DNA of 64,000 nt from Lepidodermella squamata (lineage: Eukaryota; Animalia; Gastrotricha). How positions within the stretch are numbered: the stretch's first letter is position 1; every line of letters starts with the position of its first letter. A program made the position numbers and the translations under genes. The stretch spans positions 558,001 to 622,000 of the forward strand of contig JBLDXI010000007.1 in the NCBI GenBank assembly GCA_047495785.1, written 5' to 3'. A model generated the notes under the pieces. The model saw nothing but the letters and a program-made list of their open reading frames with translations. It was not told the DNA's origin and ran no database searches. Below are positions 1 to 13,229 of the stretch, one piece after another.

Positions 1-404
1 TCTCGCTGATCGATTCATCTAGCGGTTTTATATACCATAGCTCTGATTTGATGATGAGGGCTTGTTGATACAATATTTTCTATGCCTATAAAATTGCTAG
101 CTGTAAGATTACAATATGCTGGTGTTTCTAATCGTATTTCCTGTGTTTCGCCCCTAATTCGATCATGTGACATTTTCGACGATGGGGATGCACTCCTTGA
201 GATGAAAAGTAAAGAGGTTACGGATTTTTTATCTGATGTGACTTTTTGAACTTTATTTTTGCAAACAAATCAACTACAATCGAAACAACCAATAATCCAG
301 CAAAAGATGAAACGAATCGTTATTACAAGCAGTAGTTTTTCACAGGAGAAATGACATCAATTCTCAACAATAAAATAATAATTTGAGGGTTTGTCGAACT
401 GAGA

Positions 405-3400
405 TCAGCCATCGAGATTCTTCTGAAGATTGGTTCCGCTTAGCCAACGAGCGCGGATGTTACGGCATTTTAGCGCCAGGTGATCGTCACCGAACTCTTG
501 GAAACACAGATTGTCCAAAGTAGCTATCAGTGGGCTATCTTTGGCAGCAAGCTGTAAAACAAATTGACGTTTTTACTCATTTTTTTCATTCATTTTCATC
601 GACTCTTCACCTCAGCCAACCAATCCTGGAACGTGTTGTTTTCCCAACCGCCGGTTTCATGCTTTTTCGCGTGAAGATAGGCGTTGAACATCATCAACAA
701 CACATAGCGTTCCAAGTAGTCGACGCTCTGCTTGTAAACTGACTCGACAGTCTGGCCACCTGCAGCGGCATTAGCTTCCTCATGGAGCGTGAACTGAAGA
801 AATAAAAACGTTGCTTATCACATATCTAGGTACCCATGTGCGTCAAGTTCGAAAAAAATTACTAGACACACGAAGAGTGCGTAGTACATGGAAAGCAAAC
901 ATTTCCCAAGTTTTACATCACACGAGTGCAAAGATCGTAAATTTATGAATAATTCAACGTCTTGGCGTCTTCCCATAGCGAGAACATTTAACCACAAAAA
1001 ACCCTACCCTCTCATTTCAACGCAGGTATGATTCACTCAGCTCATATCATTGTATTAAACACGCCATGTCTAATTCTTATCGCCGTAAATATGTGCTTTG
1101 ACCAGCCAATTTTTTTTCATTCACCACCAGCAATGTAATAATATTGACGGCTATACAAACAGCCGCTCTGCTCTCATCTGTTGCGCGTTTCATAACAATG
1201 TATTAAAGGGTTAATAATAAAATGCAGGAACCTGCAGGCAGCTGAACGGCGATAAAAAACACAGCCAGGCAGGCATATGCTTGTTTTGATGAATTTCAAA
1301 GTCTGTGCAACACGTTTTCCGCCCCTTGATAACGCTACCACAACATGCAGACTAATACTAATTCATAGGTAGTGAACTTGGCACAGGTCGTGACTCGGAT
1401 GTAATAATTACAAACAAAAAATTTGGCGCGACGTTACATTAAGCTTACCACTTTACTGAATGTAGCGAAAATGATTTCGCGCAAATGGTAGAACGTTGAA
1501 GTCATGCGATCCCAACACGCGTCGAGCACGGCGTCGACCTCGCGTTTCACCTGGTTACCCCGCGGCACCTGCTCGATCAGGCCACGCACGGCCTGAAAAT
1601 TACCCTGCGTATATTGAACGTTTTTGATTGAAACACGTTCCTCCTCGCCGACGTGACATCCAAATGGGAAGCCCTAATAAAAAAAATATTGCATTAATTA
1701 AAATAAATCGAAAAAATTTGATCTCATTCTCGCAGCATTTTTTGAGGTCAAATAATTAATATATTAATCCATTTTTCATGTTCATGGTACGCAATATGCT
1801 ATGCAGTCATTAAGTCGTAAATATCATTATTATTTTACGGACACGTGTTGCGCGTGTATTATTTTTTTTTACGATGCTCCATTAGGCAACGTCAAAGGCC
1901 GCTGTTCATCTGGCCTCATCTGACTATCAGGTAGGTAGCTGCGCTAGTGGGCTGACCAGACGCCCGTGTTTACAAAAGGCTTGTTTCTGAAATGGCCACC
2001 TCCTCCTACTCGCCACTACACTACCTACCTACCTAATGCGCAGTGGAAAGAAGCGCATGCAAAACAATGTTATTATGAATCATGAAAGTGCTCAAGCTGC
2101 GCCAAAAAATGCGATCTGGCTATATTCCTTCAACGTTGTTTCATACAAATTAATCGCTTGGATAGCCACACCGGCATTTATTTTTGATTAATAGCCGCAG
2201 TATAACATCACGTTGTAAATAAACTGCATAGGTAGGCACCTACGTCAAAACAATTTATAACAACTGCCCTTTGGCCGCGGCTTTGATGCGCCACTACAGC
2301 ATTTTTATTTGTCTTGTCAAAAATCTAGAAATTACGATCTAGGCTGTAAACAACAGGGCGATGTTGGCAGCGGGCCAGCAATTATGCAAAAGGAGCGAGA
2401 AATTGCCAGGTAGTACTACGTGAATAAGCGCGCAGCTGAAATATTGTCGCGTGCATTGCCGGCATTAAAGTCAACTCGGTGAAAAAACATGTTTGGCTTG
2501 CGATGAATCAGACATAAAATAACAACTGGCCTAGAGCTGTGATGATAAAAAATGAAAGTTGACTTACATTCAAATGGTAGTATAACAAAGTGGCAGCAAT
2601 CATCATGGAAGTGACAGCACCGACGCCCGAAGCGCTCGTAAACAGAAAAGCAGGCCCATCTTCGTCGACGTAGATGGATTGCTGAGACAGCACGATTTTG
2701 ATCAGTTCTTGCAAAGCCTGAAATCACCAAACACAAAAACAATAATTTTAAAATTTGAAATAATCGAATCGTGGATGTGAATAGGTACGAACTATTCAAT
2801 TAACTCCCTAATTCCTAATTTTTCAAATTAAAACTGACGAAAGAAGAATTTCGAGAGGTAAAAATTGGATTAATTGATGAAAATCAAAGATGAGAAGGAA
2901 AATAGAAAATTATAGGTTAAATCTGGAGTGGCAGGTAGACAGGAAATTCGCGTTCTAAATTCCTAATAAGCCGGTTTTTGCCAGCCAGCTGATTCCTGAA
3001 TTCGAAAATGCGCCCATCATCTTTAAGAAAATTGTATTCTCCAGAACCCAATAGACAATAGACTTCACAAATCATGTCTAGTTGAGAAGAGAAGAAGACG
3101 AAGGACTTGAACGACTGCGATCTAGCCGAAAGGGGTAATTTCTTTGACCCCTAGGACTTGGAACTATCAATTAAATGGTTCTTCGGGGGCTGAATTTTAA
3201 AGTTGCATTCCTATCAATCAAATTTCTTAAATTTAACGACGTAGTTCAGTTCATAAGGTAAAAAGACTGGTTCAGGCTATAGTTTTCCTCACCAATACCA
3301 GTATTTCATTTTATCATCAATTTACGGTTGTTGAACTTCAAGTCAGTGAAAGGTTAATTTGCACTATATTTCGGTGTCAAGTTTTCTTTAGAGATGAAAT

Positions 3401-6400
3401 CGACTGATTAAATCTGAAATTTTGTTTGGTGAATTATTGAAATGTTTTGAATTTCGGTGTTGTCTTGCAAATACACGCAAGTAGATAGATCGGATGAAGA
3501 ATAATTTTAGATGCAGAATTTGGCTTAACTCACCTCTTCAGTGGGAGCCTTTTCGTCGTATGTCGGCAATCTGTAGTAGATAATAACTGGCTGAGTAGCA
3601 TTACTAGGCAGTTTCGGCGAAGTTTCCTCTATGCTTCCGGAGCGAGGAAGAATACGCAGATTCATCGCCATCTCACGAGGCGTCATAACAACCTTGGGTT
3701 GCTCTTTTTTCTCCACAGGAGCCAAGCCAGCTGGTTGTTTCTTCTGCTTAAAAAAATATTTAAAAGTTGTTTCGAATTTAAATTCAAACTTCAAACCCCA
3801 AATTTCGGAGTAATTGTGCTGAATAAATTCGCCTTGAAGTGATCTTCAATTTGTTCCAGATCAGCGCCAGCGCTAGCAATTTTCCCGTCCGCAATTGAAC
3901 GGCCAGTGCTGTCCGCAATCACGTACGGTTTGCCGTCGATGTAAACTACCGGAACAGGTCGAAGATCGCACCAGACAATGACGGTATGGCGCCATTTCTT
4001 GCCGACGAGGCTGCAGTGTTCAACAATCGCCGTCATCTCGTCTACGGGCGGGCTTTGCGAACCGTAGATCGGGGCTGGCGGGATTTTACGGAAACCATGA
4101 GCTTTCACGCCGAAATCGCTGGAAACAACAGACATCAAGGGAACGCCGTCGCTTTCAGCAACGAGAAAAACTGGCGTTTGAGTGTATGATACTTCGAGAA
4201 TGTCCGAAACTGGGGCAGATAGAGTCGCAAGGCTGCGGTAACATAGGTAATGCCTGCGCAGCCAACGACTGAACGAATAAGAGCCTGATTTTTTCACAAA
4301 CTGATGGGAAAAAATTCCTAAAAATTTGATTTTTTTCTCCAAATAATATGACTTACACTATCAAAACAATAATAAGCGAAAAGGAACGTGTAAGCATAGC
4401 GGACGATTTGATTTCTGTTTGTCGACAAAAACGGCGCACAAACCGAAGTGTTTCCTTTAAATAGCCGGGACATAATTTGCGTGATGAATTCGTCGAAATT
4501 GGACGAAATTTCGTTAGGCAGGTTCGCGAAGCTTTTCACGAGATGGGCTAAACCGAGCGGAGGAATCTCTTCGAACAATCTAGGAAGGAAGGAAATACAT
4601 GGGCGTGTTACAAATAGCGAGGCGATGATTACTTCCGATATAATATTGGGATAGGCTCTTGCTGTAACGTGATGCTTATTCCGGTTAGCAGCAATACGAA
4701 GCTGTAGTCGATGGATAGGTCTTCGAAGGTGAGCACGACCACGGCAGTTTTATGCCCTGCTTGGGTGGAATCGTCGAAAACTGGCGTGTTTTCCGCATTG
4801 TTCGTATCAACGTTTTGTTGAAGCTCGCCAATTCTTTCAAAGTAGTTCATCTGTTTTAAAAATTAAAATTTTACAAAGCAATCGGATGATATTGAAAGCG
4901 ATTGTTGAGAAGATCTAAGTAAGGTTCCAACAGTAAATGTTCCCGAATCTTTTGCGATTTCGGCTTTTTGTTTCTTGGTAAATAATAACTCTGGGATTTC
5001 TTATTTCAGCTACCTGATGCTCTAAGGTATGTAGAAAAGATTTCGATCTACGCTCCTGGGCCTGCCGATATCGGAAAAATCACTGATTTGTAAAATCGAT
5101 ATCGGAAATCGATATGAGGCTGAACTCGTAATTGACTGGCGATAGAGAAAAATGCGCGTTATAATTGATCTATATGTTAGGCCTGATGGAGATTTAAAGG
5201 AGAACTAGAAACTCAAAAAACCATATTTTGAGGAAAATTAGTGCTGGAAACTTGAATTTAGCGTCTACTAACCCCACCCTTATGAGGCAATTTTTGATAA
5301 GAAATATCAACTTACGCGAAGCGCTTTAGAAATCGTATCAATTTCCTCTTCATCGAGGCACGTCGCCTCTGTGTTGGACGGTGAAACCGTTTGAATTCGG
5401 TGAATCCGCGGGTTGAGCAGTTCGAACTCTTCGCAAACTGCCGCACTAGCCGTATTAATGTCATCGCCGAAATTCGCCGCGATGCGGCCCACAGTCCACC
5501 CGATTGACATGGCATCTTGCGAGGTTGTCGTAGATCCAAAATAGGCCGGGAAAGACCCGCCGCTGCCAACATCCTGGGCAACCAAATGGACGATGGACAT
5601 TTTGATATCGCGTTCCAACTCGGAGCACTGAAGTCGGCCGGTGACGTAAAGTGAGCGTGAAGGAGGGGCTGCGCGGACTAAAGCGGGTAGACAGAAGAAA
5701 ATCTTCTTCTTAGCAGGGTCCACCGCGGCTTCGTAGTGGCCCTGCTTTTTCTCCTCAACGTGAGTTTTCGCGAAAATAACAGGATCAGGAGCGCACACGA
5801 AGATGGAAACATTTTCGTAGCCAGCTTTTTTCAGTTGATCGGCGCCTCGGCGCATGTCGGCCGCCGTGGATGCCTGGAGCCAGTAGAGCGGAAGCCCTTC
5901 GTTGAGCTGGTACAGCTTACTCCCGTCGCTTGAAGCAGTCAAAGGCGGCGCACTGGCCGTTTTGCTACCCGCATCGGACGATGACAGAACGGTGGAAAAC
6001 CCGGAAACGGACGAACTTTCGACCAAGCAGTATCGCTCAAGGGCTAACGGGTGTAACGAGCGCGATTTGTCGTGGTCGAACTTGCCCATGACAACCGGCT
6101 CGCCGAGGTCAAGCGATTGAAACTCCTCGCTGCAGTTCTTTGTTCGCAACATCGACGAGCCCATTTTGACGAGAACTTGCTCGGATGACGGGCTTTGAGC
6201 ACCGCCCGGTGTGGTGAACGAAAACCCAGAGTTCAATCCGAACTTTTTGTTACTCGTCCTAGCACCCGATGGGACTTCCATAGCGTCAGTGAAGCCGTTC
6301 TGAAGGGCCGAACTTGAATTGCCTGGATTGGCGCTGTGAAGACTGATTGAATCGTCGGCGATTTCGCCGCGTCTAACCTGGGGTGACTCCTTTTTGCTTA

Positions 6401-6572
6401 AAGTTGATTGCGTCGCTAATTTTGCATGATTCATGGGCGGTTCGTCTTTTTTCGACGATTCCGTGCCTCGATTTTGCGAGTTTAACCGCCCCCGCCCTGG
6501 CTGACCGCCGCCACCTGAGCCGTGTTCAGAAATGTGACTTTCAGATGACGAGCGACTTGGCCCTGATCCCAT
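405..6572 (-). CDS. PALD1: Paladin-like (PTP-like, probably inactive phosphatase), 9 exons: ~6572-5316, 4850-4633, 4579-4357, 4300-3797, ~3747-3534, 2717-2568, 1673-1449, 793-611, 551-405
   Basis: Spliced translation follows paladin end to end: N-terminal MGSGPS (myristoylation-like), KNCSEEFQ, YSFSRWL, FRKIPPAPIYGSQSP, YYRLPTYDEKAPTEE, GFPFGCHVGEEERVSI...VKREVDAVLD...YHLREIIF, YLERYVLLMMFNAYLH and LDNLCFQEF...RARW. GT-AG junctions keep the frame. Confidence 0.85.
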
Positions 6573-7392
6573 TGCAGCAGTTGATTACTAGCTAAGGTCT
6601 AATTTTTTATGTAAATTGGTCAAAAACGAGCTAAGGACAGTGAAGGGGCTGCATATGTTCAATGTGTGATGATGATGTTGAAGACGAAAATTTAAAAATT
6701 GATGACGATGATGATAGTAGTAACACAGCAGCGTGTATAATATAGAGGTGACAGTTGACGCGCAGTATTGATTCGTGCGCGGAAGCGGTTAGCGCACTGA
6801 GCAGTTCAATCTGAGAAAATTAATTTCCTTCAGCTCGCGCCTGCTCATCGCCGCGCCCGAGCCTCATGCAGCTGGGCGCATGTCAAATTGACACTCAAAA
6901 CACAACTCGCGCTCGGCGCTGGTGTCAAGTTTCGCGCAAAGGTTCATCGCGCGGAAAACATCACCGCCATGTTAGAACTGCAGTCCTCATGTCGATGTGA
7001 GCGCAATTACAAAAAATTGGATTTCCGCCTGTATAGCGAATCCATGCCAGTCATCACACGGTATTTAGCCTAGCATCGGACTAACGAGCGCCTGGATTTC
7101 TTCGAGCGTCACATCGAAAAGAGGTCGAAAAGTCTTCAGGAATCTAATCGACACGGAAATTAGGCGAGTAACGCACTTCTAATAATAAAAACGCAATCGT
7201 TCGTTAGAATTATATTTTTATTGTGTCACAATGAGCTTTGCTTTCACCAAGGAATGATTTCCTATGATAGCTTTCATCACATTCAAACTGAAAACAACGC
7301 GTTCAAAGTTTTGGTTGAAGCAGCAGTGTCAGTCCACACAAACTTGGAAATAAAATATAGACACCCTGCACGCTGCAATCATTGACGAGAGC

Positions 7393-8929
7393 TCAGGTTT
7401 GCGTTTTCTTGACGATCTGGATGACGTCTTCGTTTTCCAAATGATGATGCAAACCGACACGCTGAGGATTGAACTTGACACTTCGACCCTATTAAATATT
7501 ATGAGCAATTCAAGATCAACAACATCTAAACATCCCTCTTACCCAAACTAGAGCATATTTAAAATTTCCGGTCAGGGTTCGATGAATAGAGTGGCACTAG
7601 GAAAGGCAAAAAAAATTAAATTATGCCATCTAAATTCAACAGAATAGCTTACAATGTGTTCAACGGTACAATTAGAACGCATAATCAGGCCATCTTCAAA
7701 GTTCGGCCGCTCACCGCGCTTCTTCGTGTAGACCTGAATCAGGTTGAGATGTTCCCAAATAGAATCGACCAGACCATCAAGATTCAAGTTCATATTGCAG
7801 CTGATTCGATAGAAAATTATGAATTTTACTCGCAATTAGCTAATTAGGTTACCTGATGACAATGGTGTGAGGAAGCCGAGCCAATCGATCAACTTCTTCG
7901 ATGGTAATTTGATCGACTTTGTTGTAGCACTAGAGGCAAAGTTAAATACACCATAGCAATGTTCCAAATCAACGCTTACATAAAGGCAAGGCATGTATTT
8001 TCTGTTTCCAACAACGACGTCGATGAAATCGTCCACGGTAGCATCCTCACGAATCAGCACATCACAGTTGAAAATCTCTGAAAAATGATAAAGTGAATAT
8101 ATTCAAATGTGGATAATGAAAACAAACTGTATTCGTGAAGGATATGTAGAGCTGTTCGCTCATCGAAATGTGTCAGTTGAACCATGGAATTGAAAGTGAC
8201 TCCGCCAGTTTTTTTCGCTTTGAAGTAAATTTGTGGCTTTCGACGATTCAGTCGAATGCCGACGGCTTCTAACTCAGCCTCCAACAATGTCCTATATATA
8301 TTTTAATCCCGTATAAAATGGCCGATTTAGTAGATAAATACGCACCTTTGAATGTCACTTTTAGTGGCGTCAAGCATCATAAGAACCAAATCGGCGGTAC
8401 GGGCCACAGCAATGACCTGGCGACCACGACCTTTGCCCTGAGCGGCGCCTTCGACAATACCAGGCAAATCGAGCAATTGAATTTTCGCTCCGCGATACTG
8501 CAAGAAGATACATTTTAGACGTGGAAAATAGAACAATCGTTATAATAACTGACATTGATAACACCAGGAATACAAGTAAGCGTCGTGAACTCGTAGGCAG
8601 CGGCGGCACTTTCAGTCTCGGTGATGTTGTTCAGCAATGTAGATTTACCGACCGAAGGAAAACCAATAAGTGCTACACGTGCATCTCCGGATTTCATTAC
8701 GTCAAAGCCGTCGCCAGATTTTTGAGATTTACTAGACGGTTCTAATAGCTGAGCGCGGTACTTGGCCAGCTTGGCCTTAAGCATACCCAAATGGAACTCA
8801 GTCGCTGGAAAGAAAAATCCGATTGATGTGTTAGCTAATGAAGAGGCGTATTTTGATCAATTTACCTTTGTTTTTCTGAGTTCGAGCGATTTCTCGCTCG
8901 ATTTCGGCAATCTTTTCGAGGATGCCCAT
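7393..8929 (-). CDS. DRG2: Developmentally regulated GTP-binding protein 2 (OBG-family GTPase with TGS domain), multi-exon
   Basis: [21 protein letters not shown] start, GFPSVGKS P-loop, [18 protein letters not shown]-terminal [21 protein letters not shown]; short GT-AG introns. Confidence 0.96.
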
Positions 8930-8998
8930 TTTTCAATCAGATAATTTCAAATAATGCCTATCGAAACCAAGCAAGACGTGTGACATTTATCGTGGAAA

Positions 8999-9568
8999 TT
9001 ATTTGGTAGACGCCTCTGCTAACAGAGCTTCGGCTATATCTTTATATTTGCTTTTTAATAGGTACCTAGCTGAATTTGGAACCTGCCGTTCCAATTTCCG
9101 AACACGGTGAGGGGGAAATACAACCCATGAAACTCGGGCGTCAATCAAACCAATGGGAACTGGTCCATAAACATTGCTGTCTTTGCTTGTCCACACTCTC
9201 TTCAAGCTTCCGGTTGAAAAACTTCGATTATCCCCTTCAACCCAGCAGTGTCCTTGAGGTACTTGAACAGCTGAAGGGCCGGAGGATGGCGTGAAGATAT
9301 AATCCCCAGGCAGGCCGACGACTCGTTTAATGTGCATTTCATTAGCTTCTGTAGGGCAGTAAATTGTAATAATGTCTCCGCGTTCGATCGCCCCGGTTTT
9401 AGCTGCGAATCGATTCAGCCAAGCAACATCATTTATCGTCGAACCACTTGGATTCAACGTTGGCTCCATAGAAGATCCTTGAACGACAGCCGGTCCACCG
9501 ACAATGTCGACAATTGTTACAGCGCCACATACAACAGCTACACCTTTCAAAGCTGTCTTGAGCATCAT
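8999..9568 (-). CDS. IMMP2L: Mitochondrial inner membrane protease subunit 2 (S26 peptidase)
   Basis: GSSMEPTLNP (catalytic Ser), HIKRVVGLPGD (catalytic Lys), VPQGHCWVEGDN, DSNVYGPVPIGLI, VFPPHR. The first ATG is at 9568. Confidence 0.9.
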   Translation of the reverse strand: MMLKTALKGVAVVCGAVTIVDIVGGPAVVQGSSMEPTLNPSGSTINDVAWLNRFAAKTGAIERGDIITIYCPTEANEMHIKRVVGLPGDYIFTPSSGPSAVQVPQGHCWVEGDNRSFSTGSLKRVWTSKDSNVYGPVPIGLIDARVSWVVFPPHRVRKLERQVPNSARYLLKSKYKDIAEALLAEASTK

Positions 9569-10691
9569 ATAAGGCTGATAAATTAAGTCATTATTCCTAG
9601 GTGATGAATTGCTTTTAGCGTGATAAGAGATTATTGCGGGCAGGGCCGTCTGAACCCGAGTCACCGCAACTAACCTATAACCTAATCAAAGTATCTCCCC
9701 GTGAAGTCGGCGAAAACGCGAATTTTTAACTGCAAGAAACGAAAGCTCATCGCCGACATCATTACCGAATAAAGAGACTGGCTCATAATAAATGGCAGCC
9801 GCCCGCAAGAAAAACAATAAATTGATTTTTCTTAACGAGTTCGATGCTATTTCGGTAGTGCATCATGATCCATCTAGATGCAATTTAACTTTTCTTACAG
9901 ACGGTCTCGTGTAAGAGACAAGGGTTTCATTCGAAACTTGTAAGAATCGGTTCTCTCATCATGGGTAATAAGGCACGCAGAAATCCATGAAAGGAATATA
10001 GCGCAACAATTAGTAAGAAACCGGAACCGTTGACTAAGCCGAATTAATAGATTCGATATTTATTATCATGACAAGGAGCTCTATGGAATAGTGAAAACGC
10101 GCACTCCCGGTGGGAGGATCCGCAAACGATCGATACCTGCTGCTAATCGCTACTCGAGATATTTTCAATGGTTCGACTAGTCTTTAGTCTTCGCCTGGTA
10201 TTTGGCCAAGTTCTCATAACGCTACAGTACCGAGATATATTTTAGTAACATAGAAGAATCAAACGTCAAACAGTAGCCAGTGGCCTGTGGCCAATCATTT
10301 TTTTCAAGTTTCAAGTTTAAAAAATTCGACATTGTTGGTTGTAGGTTGGAAAATTAAGGTTCTATTGTCCTGAGTAAGTATGCCCATAATCTAGGTGCCC
10401 TTAAAGCCGCTAGTTGGCGGTCAGAAAATGCATATTTCACCTACTTCAGCCCAAAGTAAATAGGTAGGAAGCCTAGAGCCCAGTCGGAAAGAGTAACTTC
10501 GATCCTCGGACTTCGACCGAAGGGAGATCACCCTGCGATCGCGGAACTTGAGGAAACTTGCAGCTTTCGGAAACGCTAATTCCCGCCAAGTTCAAGGTCA
10601 GAGAATAAAATTTGCATTTGAATTAAATTAATACAAGTTAATTAAGATTTTACTGTATTTTAGCAAAACGATTATTTTAATGGTCGCATTA

Positions 10692-11723
10692 GGGTAAAGT
10701 CGCACAATATGGGACGGCTCCTAATGTGGGACAAGTTAAGGTTTATTGAAATTTGTATCATTTCCGTAAATCGCATTTAGATGAGGGTGGTGTCAATCGC
10801 TACATTTTGATCCGTTCGATATGATAGTAAAACGCGGAACTCAAATATGACGCGCGCGTGCCTTTTAAGGGCGCTGATTGCGAGGGAGGTGTCAAATAAT
10901 TGTGAGAACTTAAGGCAAGGTGTTGAATATAGAACTCAACTGCTGTTTTGCGGGTGCGGGCAAATGAGAAGGTGACAACACCAGCGTGTGCGGCGCGTTA
11001 AACTACCCTAGAAATGGTCCTTTGTTAGAAAGTTACCGCGCGCATATGGCCGCGCGCTCGCTCCTTTTATGTGGGCTAGGTTTTGTGCGCTTAACACCCT
11101 CGTCCGGCACGCTATTTGGGACAGCGTGCAGTTCACGATCACTTTATCCGTTTTCGATGCAGTTTTTGCAAAAATGTATAATTTTGTGTGCTCTATTTAT
11201 TCATTACCGTTACCAGGTCAAATTTAAGAAGCGCGCAATTCTAGCAGAAACATAGTATTAATAGCGCGCAAATGTGAGGATTTTGCAGCTGGCCGCGCAC
11301 CACACAATGCGCGTTAATGGGCTATAAACAGCAGTCAAAGTCCACGGGTTGTGCTTGCGCGCGGCAAATTTTAAATGAGATATCCTGAAAGAGCATAATC
11401 GAAAGTCTTTGCTGCCAAAATTTCAAATCATTATTGATAAAAATGAGCAAACTGCAGCTTGTCCCAAATAAGCATCCAAAATTACCGCTCTTGTCCCGAA
11501 TAGCAAACCTGGCACGCAATTTGGGACGGGGTGTTTTTATTGTTTCGGGCGCGCGCGCTGACGCAACGGTAACGCGTATATGCGCGCGCGAGGTGTCAAA
11601 TTATAGCGGACGCATCTGGCTATGATATCAGTAAAAATTGTCTATATAGCTCTCGAATTGAATGATTTGAATTCAATATACGAAAACGCGTCGAATTTTG
11701 TCCCAAATTGTGCGACTTTACCC
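10692..11723. mobile_element. Non-autonomous DNA transposon (MITE), about 1.03 kb, TA target-site duplication
   Basis: Terminal inverted repeats GGGTAAAGTCGCACAATATGGGAC and GTCCCAAATTGTGCGACTTTACCC (1 mismatch), TA on both flanks (10690-91, 11724-25), internal repeats of the (T)TGGGAC/GTCCC motif, no transposase ORF. Confidence 0.88.
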
Positions 11724-11804
11724 TAATAGTTGATTTTTTCAATACTTTTTTTTTCCAAGTTTTCTGGTTTCAAGACCGTCTGATCAGCATTGGAGCTTCG
11801 AGAA

Positions 11805-12225
11805 GGGGTCCAGAGTGATCCAAACGTGGACTCCGGAGCCTTTTGGACTCTTTTCGACTTTTAGTGGGCTCGGTAACGTTTTTAGGTTTTTTCGAGGTTG
11901 GACTCCAAATGGGCTCCCAACCTGGACTCCGCCAGGCGCCATCGGACTCCCGAACCCGAAAGTGGTCACCAACTAGAGGTTGCCCATGAATCCTCAATTT
12001 TTTAATGCATTTTGAGCCAATTTTTGGCTTGAAATGCTCAAAAAGCGTCAGTTAAAGCTCGCTTCGCTCGTGAGTCGACTTTTTGAGTAGTTTTTCAGGT
12101 CGCAAATTTTTTGAACCCAAGGGTAAAAGCATATCACCCCCAAATTGTACTTAATACCCTGTGGGACTCCCCCGGCGTTTTTGGGTTCCGACTGCGGACT
12201 CCAAACTTTTTGGGGTTGGACCATA
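11805..12225. repeat. GGACTCC-rich degenerate repeat region, probably a transposon remnant
   Basis: About 7 same-orientation GGACTC(C) motifs (~11829, 11845, 11900, 11925, 11944, 12165, 12197) next to the MITE. Confidence 0.45.
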
Positions 12226-13229
12226 CTGATTCTGATATTCTTTCTCGTAGCTGGATCATGCCGAGCTTCCCCGAGCTGGAACATGCCTTGTCAATTGTCA
12301 ACCGTGGCTATTAGCAATTACCGCAAATTTTTCCAAAAGTGAAACAAAATGCTTTGAATGATTAATAGCCTAGTCAACGAGGTCTACGTCATTTCGGCCA
12401 ACAGTCATGGACGCGCTACATGCGTTACATGCTTTGCTAAGAACTAAAAATGGTGATCTCTTGAGTGATCCTATATCCGATAGCGTGACAGGATGACACG
12501 AACCACCACATCAGCTTGTTTCAGAAAAATGTTCAGATTTCGCAAACTTCTTGTTTTTCAGCCTAGCGCTCTTTGAAAACCCAACGAATCTCTCATTTTC
12601 ACTCCTATTTGTTCTGTTTGATTGCTACATGATAATTTCAGAAAAATGTACCGAACCTTAGACCGATCTATCAATTGCTAAACGAGCAAAGGTAAAATCG
12701 CGAGGCAACAAAATCACTCATACTTAAGTTCAGGAAATCGTCAATTTTTTCAACTGCGTTTTGAAACGGAACCTTGGCGATATCCGATACCTATCGTTCC
12801 TGTTGACATTTGCGACATTATCCAGCTCACAGCTTAATCTTTACATAATATGAAAATCCAAAATTGACCAGTAAGATCCGTTGGTTTCATCCAACTACGA
12901 ACGAACAAGTCTTGCCGAAACGCATGCTTGCTTTTATTATGAAGGAATCTCAAAACAACCATCAACAGCAATCAATATATAACAAATTTTACTACTCCAG
13001 TTAAAGAAACTGATGTTACTAGCTCCGAATAGAAACATTTTAAGAAAAGAGCGAGGGATTAGCGATAGAAAACGCGTAATGATATTATTCATCAAAACAA
13101 TATTTTTAAATTATAAAATCAATAGCATTTATAAACCTTCCAATTCGTATAAATAAAGTAGTTTCAATACCGCAGCTTTGTTTATCAAAGGAGATACGGG
13201 ACGAATTCGCAAGACAATAATACAACGAG

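Noticed and set aside
9969-9982. TAAGGCACGC resembling miR-124
   Set aside because: The match stops after 10 nt and no precursor hairpin is evident.
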